Source: the human T2T-CHM13v2.0 reference genome, Homo sapiens
Reading direction: 5' to 3' (one strand)
Length of the DNA stretch: 64,000 nt
Assembly: GCF_009914755.1 (NCBI RefSeq)
Contig: NC_060933.1
The position numbers and the translations under genes are program-made. Of the stretch, positions 1 through 19,847 are shown piece by piece (the first letter of the stretch is position 1; each line of letters starts with the position of its first letter). Below the pieces are notes generated by a model. That model worked only from the letters and a program-made list of their open reading frames with translations, was not told where the DNA came from and did not search any database.

Positions 1-1183
1 GTGTGTGTAACCATCTTTGATGATAGTTTTCTGCAGGTCACTGGAGGAAGGTAGCCACACTTCACTGTGAGGGGATGGTGCCCTACCTGTCACCTTCAAC
101 TTCTGCTATCTCACACTGTTGTTGGATGTTTCAGACCATTTTGCACTTGCTTTGAAACTTAGCTCCTTCACTGAATCACGTTGCTCCTTCGTTGCTGCTG
201 CCTCCAGATCTCCAAAGGTGTCCCCTACCCTCTCCTGTACCAGCCAGATAATCATTGGTCTCCTACCCTGAGAATGGCTATGAGTCCACTGCAAAAGGAA
301 TTTCTCTAGTTTTTCAAAATCTTGAGTCACATGGTGAAGCTCTTCAGGAGCAACTCTGCTATGTTGAAGAGATTGGGACATGTCAAGTTAATATCTGATG
401 GGCCTCCTTCCTTCAGTACGCACCATCACTTCCAACTCTTCGTAGGCTTCTGTAGGTCTCATATGCTCACTTACTTTCTCCTCGGGTTTTTCTACTTTTT
501 CAGGAGACATTTTCACTCATACTGATGGGAAGATGACAGCAGTAATGCCAATACACTTAATGTGGGCGCTAGAAATAATCCTTTTGGGAAAACATCTGAG
601 ATACAACTTAGCTGCAGACTATATTCTCTGACCTAGATTTGTATACAACTGAAACAGTTCTGTTGGTGGACACCATCATAGAGAGTCTTTGATTTGGACA
701 GTGAATATTGGGTAAAAAAATTATTGTAGCAAATAGTTGGAAAATGATAACAGAGGATGAAGGTTACTTGTATTTGTTTTTGTGGTATTTCTTTTCGTGG
801 CTATTTCTTCTGCAGTAGACTCTGAGTTCATTGGTGACAGGTGTCATTTCTCATGTATTCTCTAGCTCCAGTCTCTAGCATAGGGTCTGATGAGTGCATG
901 GCATTGGAAAAATAGCTGTGAAAAATATTGTGATCTGATAACAGACTGCAGCAAGATGGTCTAGTTACAGCAAGAGGCTTGGGGAGGGCTTCGGATGAGA
1001 AGGGTGAAGAGGGTTCAGGTGAGCTTCCCCAGTGTGCATTTTTCTGAACTCTTTTACTCCAAGACAGTAGTTCTCAAACTTTCATCTTAAGGCCCTGTTA
1101 CAATTGTAATAATTATTGTGAACCTCAAATAACTTTCATTTAAGGAGGTTATATCTATTGTTTTTTATTGTATTAGAAATTAA

Positions 1184-1232
1184 GGCCGGGCGTGGTGGCT
1201 CACGCAAGACTCCGTCTCAAAAAAAAAAAAAA
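1184..1232 (+). mobile_element. Mini-Alu with nearly the entire interior deleted
   Basis: ggccgggcgtggtggctcacgc joined directly to aagactccgtctc + A14, flanked by aaattaa repeats. Confidence 0.85.
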
Positions 1233-1440
1233 TTAAGAGAATATTTAAAAAATATTTAATTCATTAAAACAGTCCATTATATATCAACATACATTATTTT
1301 ATACAAGGTGACCATAGGGTAGAGAGGAGCAGACAGAAAAAGAAAAGGTGACTGTATTTCCCCAATTAAAAAATTAGTAGGAAGAGTCACATTATTTTAC
1401 ATTTTTCAAATCTCTTATGTCTAGCTCAATAGAAGATTGT

Positions 1441-1745
<305 letters not shown>

Positions 1746-2109
1746 GATAGCTGGATTTTTATATCAGCTTCTACATTTAATCTGTTATAAAGTCATATGT
1801 CCTATAGCTTCTGGAAAACTCTATACTCATGAGAGTGAAAAAGGCAAATACTAATTAATGTTCTGGTATAATTTTGAAAATAGTTTTGATGTCACAGACC
1901 CTCTGACAAGGTCTGCGTGTCTTCCTGTGGTCCTCGGAAAACACCTTGACAACTGCTTCGGTAAGATACATAGCAAAAGATGACTTATCTATTGCACATA
2001 GATGATGCAGAGATCTTAGGGCAAGGTAACTGTGTTCTATCTTTATTTATTGGCCTTCAGGTAACTGCATTCCTGATATGTTTCTGAAAGAACGAATCAC
2101 CTTCAGAGA

Positions 2110-2367
2110 CAGTGATTCTCAAACTGGAAGCCATGGAGTTCTTTGGGGTACATCATGTCCTGTGTTTTGTCTTATAAACCAGGCAAAATTTTACAAGTGG
2201 ACAGCATGTGAACTCATGTCTCTGCATCTCAAAATATAGAAAATATTTTAAATTGTACCTCCAAGATTTTTCTTCAATATTAATTTGCTGGCCTATTGCT
2301 TTTGTTATCTTCAGGTATTTATTAATGGAAAAGTGATAGAAAATTTAAAACAGTTTGAAAAATATTG
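2110..2367. mobile_element. Possible hAT-type MITE
   Basis: Imperfect inverted termini cagtgattctcaaactg / cagtttgaaaaatattg. Confidence 0.35.
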
Positions 2368-2376
2368 TGGCAAATC

Positions 2377-2687
2377 TTTTTTTTATTTATTTCTCTCTCT
2401 CTCTTAAGACAAGGTCTCACTCCATTGCACAGCCTGCAGTGCAGTGTCACAATCACAGCTCACAGCAGCCTCCACCTCCCAGGCTCAGGTGATCCTTCCA
2501 CCTCAGCCTACTGAGTAGCTGGGACTACGTGTGTGCGCCACAATGCCCAGCTAATTTTTTGTAGTTTTTGTAGAGACGGGATTTCACTATATTGCCCAGG
2601 CTGATCTCAAACTCCTGGCTTCAAGTGATCTTCCTGCCTCCGCCTCTTAAAGTTACGGGATTACTGGCATGAGCTATTGTCCTGGCC
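2377..2687 (-). mobile_element. Alu (AluJ-type)
   Basis: Diverged antisense Alu dimer. Confidence 0.9.
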
Positions 2688-3131
2688 TTGTGGAGAATCT
2701 TAATACAAAAAAATATAAATGTTTTATATATTTCTTCTTGAGCTGGGGAAAAGTTTTTTTTTTTTTGCTATGCTCGTACTAGGTGGATGGGTGGTTGGTG
2801 TCCTATTCTTTCCATTTTGTTTTTAGTTTTCTTGATAATCTATAAGTATAAATTACACCACTTTAAGGTAAAAGTTACCTTTTTGTTAATATAAACATTA
2901 CATATGAAAAATATGGGAAGGTATTACATAGAGAAAATGAAAATCATTCATAATCCTGGCATTCAGAGAAAACAGCTGTCAAAACTGTTTTGTATATTTC
3001 CTTCCATTTTTTCTCTATGAATGCTCCATAATTGCATATAAAAAAAATTTTTGTGGTACAATGAACATAGTTTTATCCCCCTTCTGTTTGACCCATTGTG
3101 AATGCTTTCCCATGATGATAGATGTTCTTCA

Positions 3132-3730
<599 letters not shown>

Positions 3731-4113
3731 TCACAGAATATTTGACCTGTTTTCGTTTATAATCAATGTCTGCCATTCCTAGCTGTGACTTTCAGGAAAG
3801 CTCTGTGTTTTTCTCAGAGTCTTCATCTACAAGGGGAAGAAATTGAATTAACTGCTCTCTCTCGTTCCTTCCAGCTCAGAAATGTTTACTTTATGATAAG
3901 CAATATTTAAGATGAACTAAATTCAATGATAGTGAATTTTTGTCAGTTCCAGATTTCTCTTGTATTAGAATTTTGTCAAATCAAGAGCTCCTTTATAAGA
4001 AACCTGTTGGTGAGGCATGGGAATCTTTTCACACCAAGGTGTTAGACATAGTGGCATTTAACTTATAGACTTTTTTTCCCTCTCCCTCAATGGGGTAGCT
4101 TAAATACCTTCAT

Positions 4114-4128
4114 CCAGCAGATGGTGCT
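4114..4128 (+). promoter_or_regulatory. Candidate CTCF motif
   Basis: CCAGCAGATGGTGCT, one mismatch to the CCASYAGRKGGCRS core; motif match only. Confidence 0.4.
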
Positions 4129-4413
4129 CTTGGACAGCAAATTTATTTGAGGCTGTGGGTTTCCAAATGAGGTAAAACAGTTTAAACGGTTTGAGTCACC
4201 AGGAGAGTTCCTTTCCATTTTTTATTTTTATCATGTCAGGATATCATTTACTTTGAAATAACAAATCGTTCAAAGCCAGAACACTAACTGCCTAAATTTC
4301 ACATCCAAGGCAAAGATGTCATCCTAGACAGGTTTTGACGCAGAGAGAGAGCTATTGGCTTGTAGGATTGTGACTTTCAGGTTTTAGTTCTGTGAAATAA
4401 GGCTTCTAGGTAA

Positions 4414-5022
<609 letters not shown>

Positions 5023-5164
5023 ATCTCTGGAATAAGTTTCTAAGGAATACATCTGCCCCAGAGCAGGTTGGGCTGCCACTTGAGGTAAGGAAATACTGAC
5101 CTTGGAATGTTCACGTAGAGACCGTCTGATCTTCTGTCAGACATAGTTTAAAAATTTGGGGTGG

Positions 5165-5459
<295 letters not shown>

Positions 5460-7749
5460 TTGGGTTGGATAGGATGTGAGTAGAATTGGCCGTTTCTCTT
5501 TTCACTCTTCTCTTTACCTCTCAACTGTTAAACTTCACAGTTGAAACATACTTAAATGTTTAATAACCTGGTAAATTGATAAATCAACAAATATGTGTGG
5601 AGAATCACTCTGAGTGATCGATGATTGTGAGACGTGTCAGCAATGGTGGGTGTTGGCCAGTGCAAGGAGCTTACTGGTTAGCTTGAGAGTCATGAATGGT
5701 TTCCCTGAGGGATAAACAACACACACTATACAGGCAGAAGCCTGGTGGATGGCATGAATACTACACACAGTAGGAGTGTAAAGAGGTGAAGATTACTGGG
5801 CACTGGCAAAGTCCACAAGACTGTACTGAGAATCCAGGGCATTATGGACATTAGGCATGGTGAGCAATGTGAGGGATGAGGAAGCTGAGCCTGTTTTGTG
5901 AGTTCTGGATGATTGGCATGCCTAGAGGGGCAGATTTCTGTGGGAAAGTATTAGGGACACAGCAGTGAGAATTCAGTGAGAATTACTAAAGGAGAAAGAA
6001 CATGAAACTCAGAGGTGAAAAGTGAGAGTTTTAGTGCTGAATTTGGCTGGTGAACATAAAGTCATTGACAATTTCAGCTGGAAAAAACTTTGGAGATCAT
6101 CTGGTATAATAGTCAACACATTGATAGATAAGGAAGCTCAGACTGAATGTTAGGGTTTATCCTAGATGACTCCTACTTAGTGGCAGAGCTGGGAGACCCC
6201 TCTTTCCTATTCTGTCTCTACTCTTTCAGACAGTCACCAGGAAGGATGGTTAGAGCTTGAACACTGTGTATACTCTGGAGCTCTTCTTGTCTTGGATTGG
6301 TGTCTGTTGAGGCCTCTGCTGGTCAGAAGGGCATTTCCCCTGCAACCCAGCCTTGCCTGCAGGTTTACAGAAGGGCTTTGATAAGGTATATCTATTGGAA
6401 GCCCAGTTCCTGCTTTGGGCCTGCTGTTTTCCATTTCACAAAAAGGAATATAAAGATAATCTAGATTTCATCTTTATTATAATTTTGTAAGATATAAAAG
6501 CCTGTGTTTTTTTTCTAGGGTGAATTTATAAATAGAGTAGAAAGATTCAAGTAATTCTTGTCAGAAAGGAACCATTCATCTACAACTTCTCCTAGAATCT
6601 GTTTTACAGATGATCAAAAATATGGGGCAGTGTTTCTGTACCAAAATTTTTTTTAGTGTTTTCCTTATTACAGCAAAAAATGTAAAACAACTTACATGTT
6701 ACAAAGGAGAAATACGGATACAAATTGTTAAAGCCATGAAGTAATATGTACAATAAAATGTTAAGAAAATGTTTGTAACACAATGGTATGTGAGGAAACC
6801 AGGATAACCGTGTATAGATATATCTCCAAGATTTTGGAATGCCCACTCTGGATTTCCAGTATTGCTTACAATCTCCCTCATAATTCATTCACTTGCCCAA
6901 GGGTAGAGAGCAGCAGGTCTGGCTGAGATGAGGGAGGTCGTGGAGCTGCTTCCTACACCCCAGCATCCTAGTATGGTTTCTTCAAAATAAGTCACCAGCT
7001 GTCAGTGGGCTTTTGGGGGGTCACTGGTGCAGAGTTAGAGTCATGAATGCCAGGAGTCTGATTCTAAATATATGCTAGTTACAACAAGTTTTTAAGAGAA
7101 AGATGTCACTAAAATGATAAAATGGTTTTCTCTTCTTTGCAGATTTATATATTTGATATTTTAAAGTTTACTTTCCAAATGTCCTATAATGATGAAGTAT
7201 AGTTTAATATTTAGGAGAATTATTGTTAGTTTTCCTTTTCCATTGAAGGAATAATGTGCCTATGTGTATGATCCAGAATTTTATTCTGTGAAGAATGAAG
7301 AATGAAAATGAGGCCACTGGAAGTACCTTAGGCTGTTTTTCTTTATGAAGAATAAAAGGGAAACTCAGTAGCACCAGCCCTCTGCCATGTGTTATGAGAG
7401 TGTGTTAAATCTGACATTGCTTTAAGAAATAGCAGCTGTAGAGAAAATGAAGCAAGGTGGAAAAAACCAACAACTGGGAGAAACTGAAGGAAAAATCACA
7501 GAGTGGTATAGAGGAATTGGGAAGAACAGGTATATTCTTTATTTAAACTGGGATTTTCCAGGTATTAGTGGTTAAGAAAAGGCTCAAGTACAGCCCATAC
7601 TTTGCTACCATTCAAGAATTAAGTGGTACTCACTTTTCCTTTTGTTAGATCACGTTAGTGTCATAGACTCTGTTATTTTTTTTCTTATTTTAATCCACTA
7701 GTCAGTGGGGGAAGCGGGGATCTGTGGATTTTACTATCGAAGAAATATA

Positions 7750-8556
7750 TCAGTCAGACAATATTCTGCTGCCAGTAATAAAGACCTCAGAATCAGTGGC
7801 TGAAACAAATTGGGCATTTAGTTTTCTTTCATGTAAAAATTTGAGGTAAGTAGCCTGGGGCCAGTGTGTTGGTTCCATGATGTCATTATAGACCCATACT
7901 CCTCCCAATTCTTCTGCTTTCTTTATGATGAGATCTTTTTTATTTTTATTTATTTATTTTTTTTGAGACAGAGCCTCACTCTGTCGGCCAGGCTCACTGC
8001 AACCTCCGTCTCCCTGGCTCAAGTAATTCTCCTGCCGTAGCCTTCCCAGTAACTGGGATTACAGGTGTGTGCCACCACGCCCAGCTAATTTTTGTATTTT
8101 TAGTAGAGATGGGGTTTCACCATGTTGGCCAGGCTGGTCTCGAACTGCTGACCTCAGGTAATCCAGCCAACTCGGCCTCTAAAGTGCTGGGATTACAGGT
8201 GTAAGCCAGCGCACCCGGCCTATGATGAGATCTTTACCCTCATGTTTTCCTGGTAGATGCCTGAGCCTAATAATCATGTCTGAATGTCTCATGGAAGGAA
8301 GAGGGAGGAAGAGTGAAGGGCACAAAGGGCTTGTGCCTGCTGAGGTAGTCCTTCAAAGCTCTATTCTGGAAGCTCTACTCAGTGGTGACCGCTGACCTTT
8401 CGTTGGCCAGAAAGAACCCTGTACTGTGACCATCCTTAGCTGCAAGAGAAGCTGGAAATGCAGTTTTCATTCAGCTATATTGCTCTTTCAATTAAATGAG
8501 GTCCATTAGTAAGGAAGGTGAAACTAGATCCTGAGTACTTAGGCAGTCTCTGCCAT
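7750..8556 (-). mobile_element. Old MaLR LTR (MLT1-like), interrupted by an Alu
   Basis: MLT1-like motifs (ctcagaatcagtggctgaaacaa; agctgcaagagaagctggaaatg; ggcagtctctgcca). Confidence 0.5.
7936..8220 (-). mobile_element. Alu (AluS-type, about 25-nt internal deletion)
   Basis: TSD tatgatgagatcttt. Confidence 0.93.
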
Positions 8557-8636
8557 AAAAGCTTATTATAAGACATGATGACTTTGAGATGCTGTGTTAT
8601 ACTGTATTATATACAGTTTAAATAGTTGAATTTGTC

Positions 8637-9614
<978 letters not shown>

Positions 9615-10296
9615 GTAAAGTAGTATAGATTATTGTGTTTTAAATTTTTCATATGTAAAGGTACCTTGATGGTTCTGAGCATGGGATATGGCTGTTTTAG
9701 TATATGTTGAGATAATTGATCTCCTTTAAAGGGGGGCTTCATATGGTTTGGGCCCCTTTAGGATTTTCTACAAGAGCCATCTGTAGATATGTAAAATAAA
9801 ATTAATATTTCTATTTAGCCTATTTTTTTTAAAAAACAGAATGCATATCTGTGAGTATATCCTGCACTTCCTCTATGCCAGTATTTTTAAAAACATCTTC
9901 TTGACAGGGAGTCTTTTAAAAAAAATAGAAAATGTAGTTACCAAAGTACTGACTTTCCTAGATATTGGGAGATAGAGGGAAGTTTCTCCCTCCCTGATGA
10001 TATAAAAAGTGTGTAGTCAGAGTTGACTTACTGGTTTATCGTTTGGCCACGTGGCTTCAGAAACAATAGAGCCAGCATGGGTTAGAATTTTCATTCTCAC
10101 CCTTGAACCCCGGCCCTGTGATTATGAACTGTGAGGTCTTGGCAAGTTATCTGTCTTTGCTGCAGTCCCCTCATTTATAAAACAGTGTTGATAATAGTTG
10201 ATGGTAGTGTTTAGCTGGCAGGACAAAATGAGGTGACATAAATAAAACACCTCGTACAGGGCCTGCTCCCTGGTATGTACTGAATCAGTGTTAGCT

Positions 10297-10311
10297 GCTG
10301 CAGGTGGCAGT
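10297..10311 (+). promoter_or_regulatory. Candidate CTCF motif
   Basis: GCTGCAGGTGGCAGT; motif match only. Confidence 0.3.
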
Positions 10312-10621
10312 ACTAAAGCAAAGCAAGACAGAAGTCTCCAGGCCTTAACGAGATAGTTATTCACTAGCTGATTCTGACCAAGAGAATTGTGAAGAGTTCT
10401 GTTCTGCGGTTGCCATTTTAAGTTTGTCCAATCCGCAGCCCAGTGATTTATACTTTTTGACATCTGTCAGAGCCGTGAAGAATGTTTGTTTAGGAGTCAC
10501 TGCTTAAGAAAATGCCTCTGTCGTTTTTGAGAAATATACCACTATCTTCTTGTCAGTAAGATCCTGCCGTGTGTGGTGCCAGGACAGAAGTGGCGTCATG
10601 GGATATGACTCAAGAGATAGT

Positions 10622-10927
<306 letters not shown>

Positions 10928-10966
10928 GATAGTCTCTTTGTCATGATTTTAAAAATCATCTTGTTG

Positions 10967-12760
<1,794 letters not shown>

Positions 12761-12763
12761 TCA

Positions 12764-12980
<217 letters not shown>

Positions 12981-13149
12981 AATCAGCTTGTTGAAATCGT
13001 AATATTTGATTTATATATGTACAATATATTTAAGTTTTAAAGCATAATGATTTTGAATATCCCAAACTCACCATGCAGTCAACAACTACAACATTAACAG
13101 CACTGCTCAGGGACCAACCACTCTTTTGTAGTCCTTTCCTGCTATGCCA

Positions 13150-14720
13150 CCCCCATCACTCTGGGGTGGCCTGAATTTTGTGTTTGATTTCTTGCCTTGT
13201 AAAAAATAGTTTTCTCATGCATGCACGTATTTTAACACAATATGTTTAGTTTGGCTTATTTTTGACCTTATTAAAAATAGTATCACTTTGTGTAGTTTTC
13301 TGGGTCTTTGATATTTTTCACCTAACAGTATTTCCCAGTTGATCCATATTATTTTGTAAGCTATTGTAATGTTCATTCATTTTCTTTGCTGTGTAATATT
13401 CTACTTTGTGAATTTACAACTTTTTTTTTATTCTGCTGCCAGTGAACATTTTCTTTCTTTTTTTTTAAAAATAAATATTGTTGCTGTGAACACATCCCAT
13501 ACATGGTACCTGATGTACATGTGTAAAAGTTTCTCAAAGGTATTTACGTAGGAATGGAAATGCTGGCTCATAGAGTATTTAACTTTACCAGATACTGTTG
13601 AATTGCTTTTCTAAGAGTTTGTATCACTTTATATTCCTTTAGCACTGTATATCATTTTTGTTTTTTTAAGACAGGGTCTTGCCCTGTCAACCAGGCTGGA
13701 GTGCAGTGGTACGATCTTGGCTGACTGTAACCTCAGATTCTTGGGCTCAAGTGATCGTCCCACCTCAGCCTCCTGAGTAGCAGGGACCACAAGCTTGCAC
13801 CATCATACCCAACTAATTTTTGTATTTTTTGTCGAGATGGGGTTTCGCCATGGTGCCCAGGCTTATCCCAAACTCCTGGACTCAAGTGATCGCCTGCCTC
13901 AGCCTTCCAAAGTATTACGATTACAGGCGTGTGCTACTCTGCCCAGCTTATAATCATTATTAAGACAGCTTTATTGAGCTATAATTTATACAATACAAAA
14001 TTCACCCATTTTAAGTGTATACTTCAGTGATTTTCGTGCAGCCATCACCAGTCTAGTCGCAGAACATTTCCATCAGCTTTAAAAGCTTCTTCATGCTGAT
14101 CCAGTCTTCACGCTTAATATCTTACTACTTGATGTCATTCTTGTGCCTGTAAAATATGTTATGTGAATTTGCACCTCTCTGATTAAAAATGGCTTAGAAT
14201 ATCTTTTCATGTCTTTATCGGCCATTCATATTCCTGTCTTTATGAACTGTCCTCTATTTTTCTATTAGATCTTTTGGCTTTTTCTTTATTTGGAATTCTT
14301 TATTCTGGATACCAAAACTATCCCAGTTATATTTGTTGAATTATTTGCTCTAGTTGTGGCTATTCTTTTCACTATTTTGTTTGTCTTATTTACAATGTCT
14401 TTTAATGAACAAATGTCTTAATTTTAATTTTAATAGATTTTTACTATTTTATTTAGTTTTTTTGTATTTCTCATTGTTCCTGGACTGATTAGATTCTGTC
14501 TTAGAATGTTGCATATTCTATCCTCAGTATTGCTTAACTTACCTTTCAGACTTTCAATCTCATTGTATTTCTGTACTGTACTATGTTAATGTCCTAAATA
14601 TTATATTCTGGTTAACTACTTTTTTTGCTTGTTAATACTGGTTAACTGTTTCTCTTATTTAACTCTTTCACTGAGTTTTTAGTTTAATAATGATATATTT
14701 CTTTTCTAGGAGTTCACCTC
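13150..14720 (-). mobile_element. Old L1M fragments (3' region), interrupted by an Alu
   Basis: T-rich antisense L1 3'-type motifs (e.g. acagctttattgagctataatttatacaat...cacccattttaagtgta). Confidence 0.55.
13655..13948 (-). mobile_element. Alu (AluJ-type)
   Basis: Diverged antisense dimer. Confidence 0.9.
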
Positions 14721-15825
14721 TCCTTCAGGTTGGACTGGACATTCCAAATATTTTATTTTTCTTTGCTTGTCTTAGCAATTCCATCTTTTATTTCTTTAAA
14801 CATTTCTTATTCCTTGACGACAGAATAAGACAACTCAATATTAGTGGTCCTGCTTGAGGGGCTGGTCTGAACAATTTGTTCATTATTTGCGCTATCTCTC
14901 TGCAGTGTTGGCTTTCTTCCCGGTATGCACAGTGATCTTTGCTTGTATGCGTAGACTTGATGTTAATTTGTGGAATAATTCTGGATCTAAATGTATGATT
15001 CTTTTCTCCCAAGAGGATTGGAGTTATTTCTGCCTGGAACCAGGAAACTCCATTAACTTCACACTATCAGTAGTCTAGACTCAAGGTGGGAGTCTCAAGC
15101 TCACTGCAGTCTTTTATTTGACTGGACGTTTTCCCCCTTTTTTCTCTGTCCTTTTTGTACTCATATTTGCCTTTATCTTTTTATGTGGCACTTTCACTGC
15201 AGAATTATTTTTCTTTCAAAACTTGCTATATGATGGTTGTTGTTGAGAATTCTAAAACAGAAAGCAGTGCTGTAAAATCGTAGGTATTTGGTGTATAAAA
15301 ATGCAAAAGGGAAAATAGTTTTGTTTTAAAATAAAGATTTAAGGAGTACATTTTTAGAAAGAAGCAGCAAAAAAGCTATCATGTCAAACATTATGATTAA
15401 CTATAAGCAAAATGTACTGCATATGGATCTATTCTCATTGTGTAAAGATCCAGGGAAATCCTCAGTCTATATTAAAGTGTAGACCAGAACTTTCAATTTA
15501 GTTATTAGAAGGCACTATTTTCTTTTATGGAGAAAAGACTATACACTATGGTGTGAAATGGATTGAATTTTGAAATCTTTAAAGAACTAACCAAATTTTA
15601 TGTTATTTTTTCTCCATGCGTGTTACCTTTGAAACTTCAAGGGCTTGTTCCAGCTGTATGAATTTGTGGCAGTATTTTACATTAGCCTAGCTTTAAGTTG
15701 CCAGCACAGTAGTGGAGTTTGGTGGATGGTCTTTTCTTTAAAGACAAAGTCTTCTAATGTGGGCTTGGATAAGAGTCCTAAAACAGGATGATACAAGTCA
15801 AATGAGGAAAGGCATAAATTTGTCT

Positions 15826-16131
15826 GTTGTTTTCCCTTTGACACAGGGTCTCACTCGGTTACCCAGGCTAGAGTGCAGTAGCGCCATCATTGCTCCCTGC
15901 AGCCGTGACCTCCTGGGCTCAAACCATTCCCCCACCTCAACTTTCCTAGTAGCTGGGACTACAGGCGCTTGCCACCACACCTGGCCAGTTTTTTTTTTTT
16001 TTTTTTTTTCTGGTAGAGATAGGGTCCCACTGTGTTACCCAGGCTGGTTTTAAAGTCTCAGACTCAAGCAATCCTCCCGCCTCGGCCTCCCAAAATGCTG
16101 GGATTACAGGTGTGAGCCACCACGCCTGGCC
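15826..16131 (-). mobile_element. Alu (AluJ-type)
   Basis: Dimer; TSD aaatttgtct. Confidence 0.9.
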
Positions 16132-16216
16132 AAATTTGTCTTTTTAAAATTCTTAAAAATGAGTGTTTTTTACTTAAAATTTTAAAGTGTTTTTACACTT
16201 AAAAATTAAGACATGT

Positions 16217-16523
<307 letters not shown>

Positions 16524-16673
16524 TTAATGAGAAACACCATGTCACAATGCTGAAATATAAAAATGAGACCAATTCCAGTATTTATGAGGGGATTATTTAC
16601 AAAGAGCTATGATATACTGGACAGATGATACATTTGCTGTTGAGGAGACTAACTGTTCTGTTATAATTTCCTC

Positions 16674-16964
16674 TTTTTTTTTGGAGACAGGTCTCACTCT
16701 GTCACCCAGGCTGGAGTGCAGTGCCACAATCATGGCTCACTGCAGCCTTGACCTCCCAGGCTAAGGTGCTCTTTCTACCTCAGCCTCCTGAGTAGCTAGG
16801 GCTACAGGCGGGTGCCACCATGCCCAGCTAATTATTGTGTATTTTATAGAAATGGGGTTTTGCTATGTTGTCCTGGCTAGTCTTGAACTCCTGGGCTCAA
16901 GCTCTCTGCCTGCCTTGGCCTCCTGAAATGCTAGGATTACAGGCACGAGCCACTGAACCTGGCC
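16674..16964 (-). mobile_element. Alu (AluJ-type)
   Basis: Antisense dimer. Confidence 0.9.
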
Positions 16965-16974
16965 TTTGTTCTAA

Positions 16975-17288
<314 letters not shown>

Positions 17289-18900
17289 CTCTGTTCTAAT
17301 TTTCAAATAAGGAGTCCTGTAAGTTACTGACTGGGCACCTTCCTTTCATCTGTAAAATGAAATGATGTTTTGCTTTTGTTTTCCTAGCATGGGGGTTATC
17401 CCACCTCTTGTTTCTTTCCAATTCTATGTGAGATGGTGGTGCATGCCATGTTGTTAGGTAGAAGACATGTCCCCAGCTCTACAGTTAGCAAGCTTTGAGA
17501 GAGGCAATTTAAATGGGTGCTAGCTATGTCAGCCCTTGGAAAGACCAAGAGCACATCTAAATGTAACTTGGTGATGGCATTTTTGTGGTGGAAGAAAGAC
17601 TGTAGTCCTGCCCATCTGTATATTCTTTTTGATGACTTCGTTAAGTTACGGGGTAGACCTGGAAACTTGAGAATCTTTAACAGGTTCTTTCAGTATTTTC
17701 TCAGATTCTTACAGAATCTAGGTGGCAGATCTTTTTTTAATAATTGGATTTTCTAATGAAGTGGTAGTTCCCCCTGTGAATTCTTGAATTTCAAAAATTT
17801 TTATTGGTCATTATTGGCCCAGTTTGGAGTTGGCTCTGTGGCACTGAAACTCAGGAGAAAGATGGGGGCTCATAGCTTTGTTTGGAAATCAGCCACATGA
17901 GGATAATATTGAAGGTGCTGAGGGTGACAGCAGGAAATGGGAAGGATGTTGTTGAGGATGGAATATAGAGTGATAACTGTGAAGATATGGAAAGACTTAG
18001 CGAGAGAGTGACAGGTTAGTGGTTTTGACCTAATTTTGGGGAACAAGGTTCATATAGACTTTTCCTCTTCTATTATATGGAAAGTACCATAAAAATATGA
18101 TTAGTAATAATCGTGTGTATCAGTTTATCAGTTTTTCTGTAGCCAACTCTGCTTTTATGTACAACAAATGAGAAAGCAGCCCCTAAAATATGCCAGAGTG
18201 AAGAACATCTTCACGTTTTGTGTGTTCAGTTGGAAGTGTTTCAGTAATCATCCAGGGCTGCTTCCACAGTCTCCGTGTTGATATTGTAGCAGTTTCTCAG
18301 GTTTGTGGGCAAGTGACTATAGCTATTCCACTTGGTGGACAAAGCAGAATGCATGATCAGGCCGTCTTTGGTGCAGTTCACAGAATCATCACCTGTGCCT
18401 GGCAAATGGCTAAGTTCTAGCAGACCTTCCCTGCCATTCTGCTGCCTCACAGAGACTTCTCTTAAGAAGTTACACAGTTTTGTTCAGGGCTGTGCTAGAT
18501 CCTACTTATCCTGGAGCTGGTTATCAGTTTTCTTAATTGCTCAGGCTTTGTGTTTTGCCATTTTACTTTGTTTTTCTTTGGCCATTTGCATATTGATCAT
18601 GGAACAGAGAGATAAAACATGCTCATAGAGTGGATTCCTGTTAGGTTCCTACCACTTGTATAGTCTCACTCCAGTTACTGGACACATTTATGGAGTAACT
18701 GATAGAGCTATTTAGTGTTGGACAAATATATGATTCATTTTAAAGCAGTAAGCTCACAACCACTAACTTCATATTTATAGCCTGTCTCCAAAACTCCTCC
18801 TTCCTTTATTCTTTTAAAATTACTGTAATAAGTATGGACTCTTTAATGCCTGCTACATTTTTTGCAGATTTGGCCACAGATTTATTTTCTTTTATCCACA

Positions 18901-19226
18901 TTTCTTTTTTTTTTTTTTTTTTTTTGAGACGGAGTCTTGCTCTGTCACCTAGGCTGGAATGCAGTGGCATGCGATCATGGCTCACTGCAACCTCGGCTCA
19001 CTGCAACCTCCGCCTCCTGGGTTCACGTGATTCTCTTGTCTCAGTCTCTTGAGTAGCTGGGATTACAGGCCCACACCACCACGCCTGGCTAATTTTTTTT
19101 TGTATTTTTAGTAGAGATGGAGTTTCACCATGTTGACCAGGGTAGTCTAGAACTGACCCCAGGTGATCCGTCTGCCTTGGGCTCCCAAAGTGCTGGGATT
19201 ACGGACGTGAGCTACTGCACCAGGAC
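18901..19226 (-). mobile_element. Alu with 16-nt internal tandem duplication
   Basis: ggctcactgcaacctc repeated twice near 18979-19010. Confidence 0.92.
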
Positions 19227-19229
19227 TGA

Positions 19230-19472
19230 TCCACATGTTTTTAAAAGTTGGTTAATGTCACATAAAATTGGGATTTGTGGCTTAAAAAAAATCAGAAAAT
19301 CTGGCAGCATTCCCAGTGACTGAGTAATGGCTGTCTCCTTTAGACAGGATAGTAGGTTGTCTCCAAATACACATCACCCCCAATACCCACGTTTTTTGAC
19401 ATATACCTGGCTGCCTTCACTAATTGCTGTTACCTGCCTGGCTCTTTGGGCACCTGAGTTTGTAAGTCCTGC
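19230..19472. mobile_element. MER102-like hAT DNA transposon fragment
   Basis: Motifs cacataaaattgggatt...aaaatctggcagca and ttacctgcctggctc...gagtttgtaagtcctg. Confidence 0.5.
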
Positions 19473-19513
19473 TTTATTACTCAGCTCTCCACTTCCTGCT
19501 GTGTTCTTGTACT

Positions 19514-19847
<334 letters not shown>

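Noticed and set aside
106-381. 91-aa minus-strand ORF in non-repetitive-looking sequence
   Set aside because: No recognisable homology or splice context, and the length is compatible with chance. A homology search would be needed to exclude it completely.
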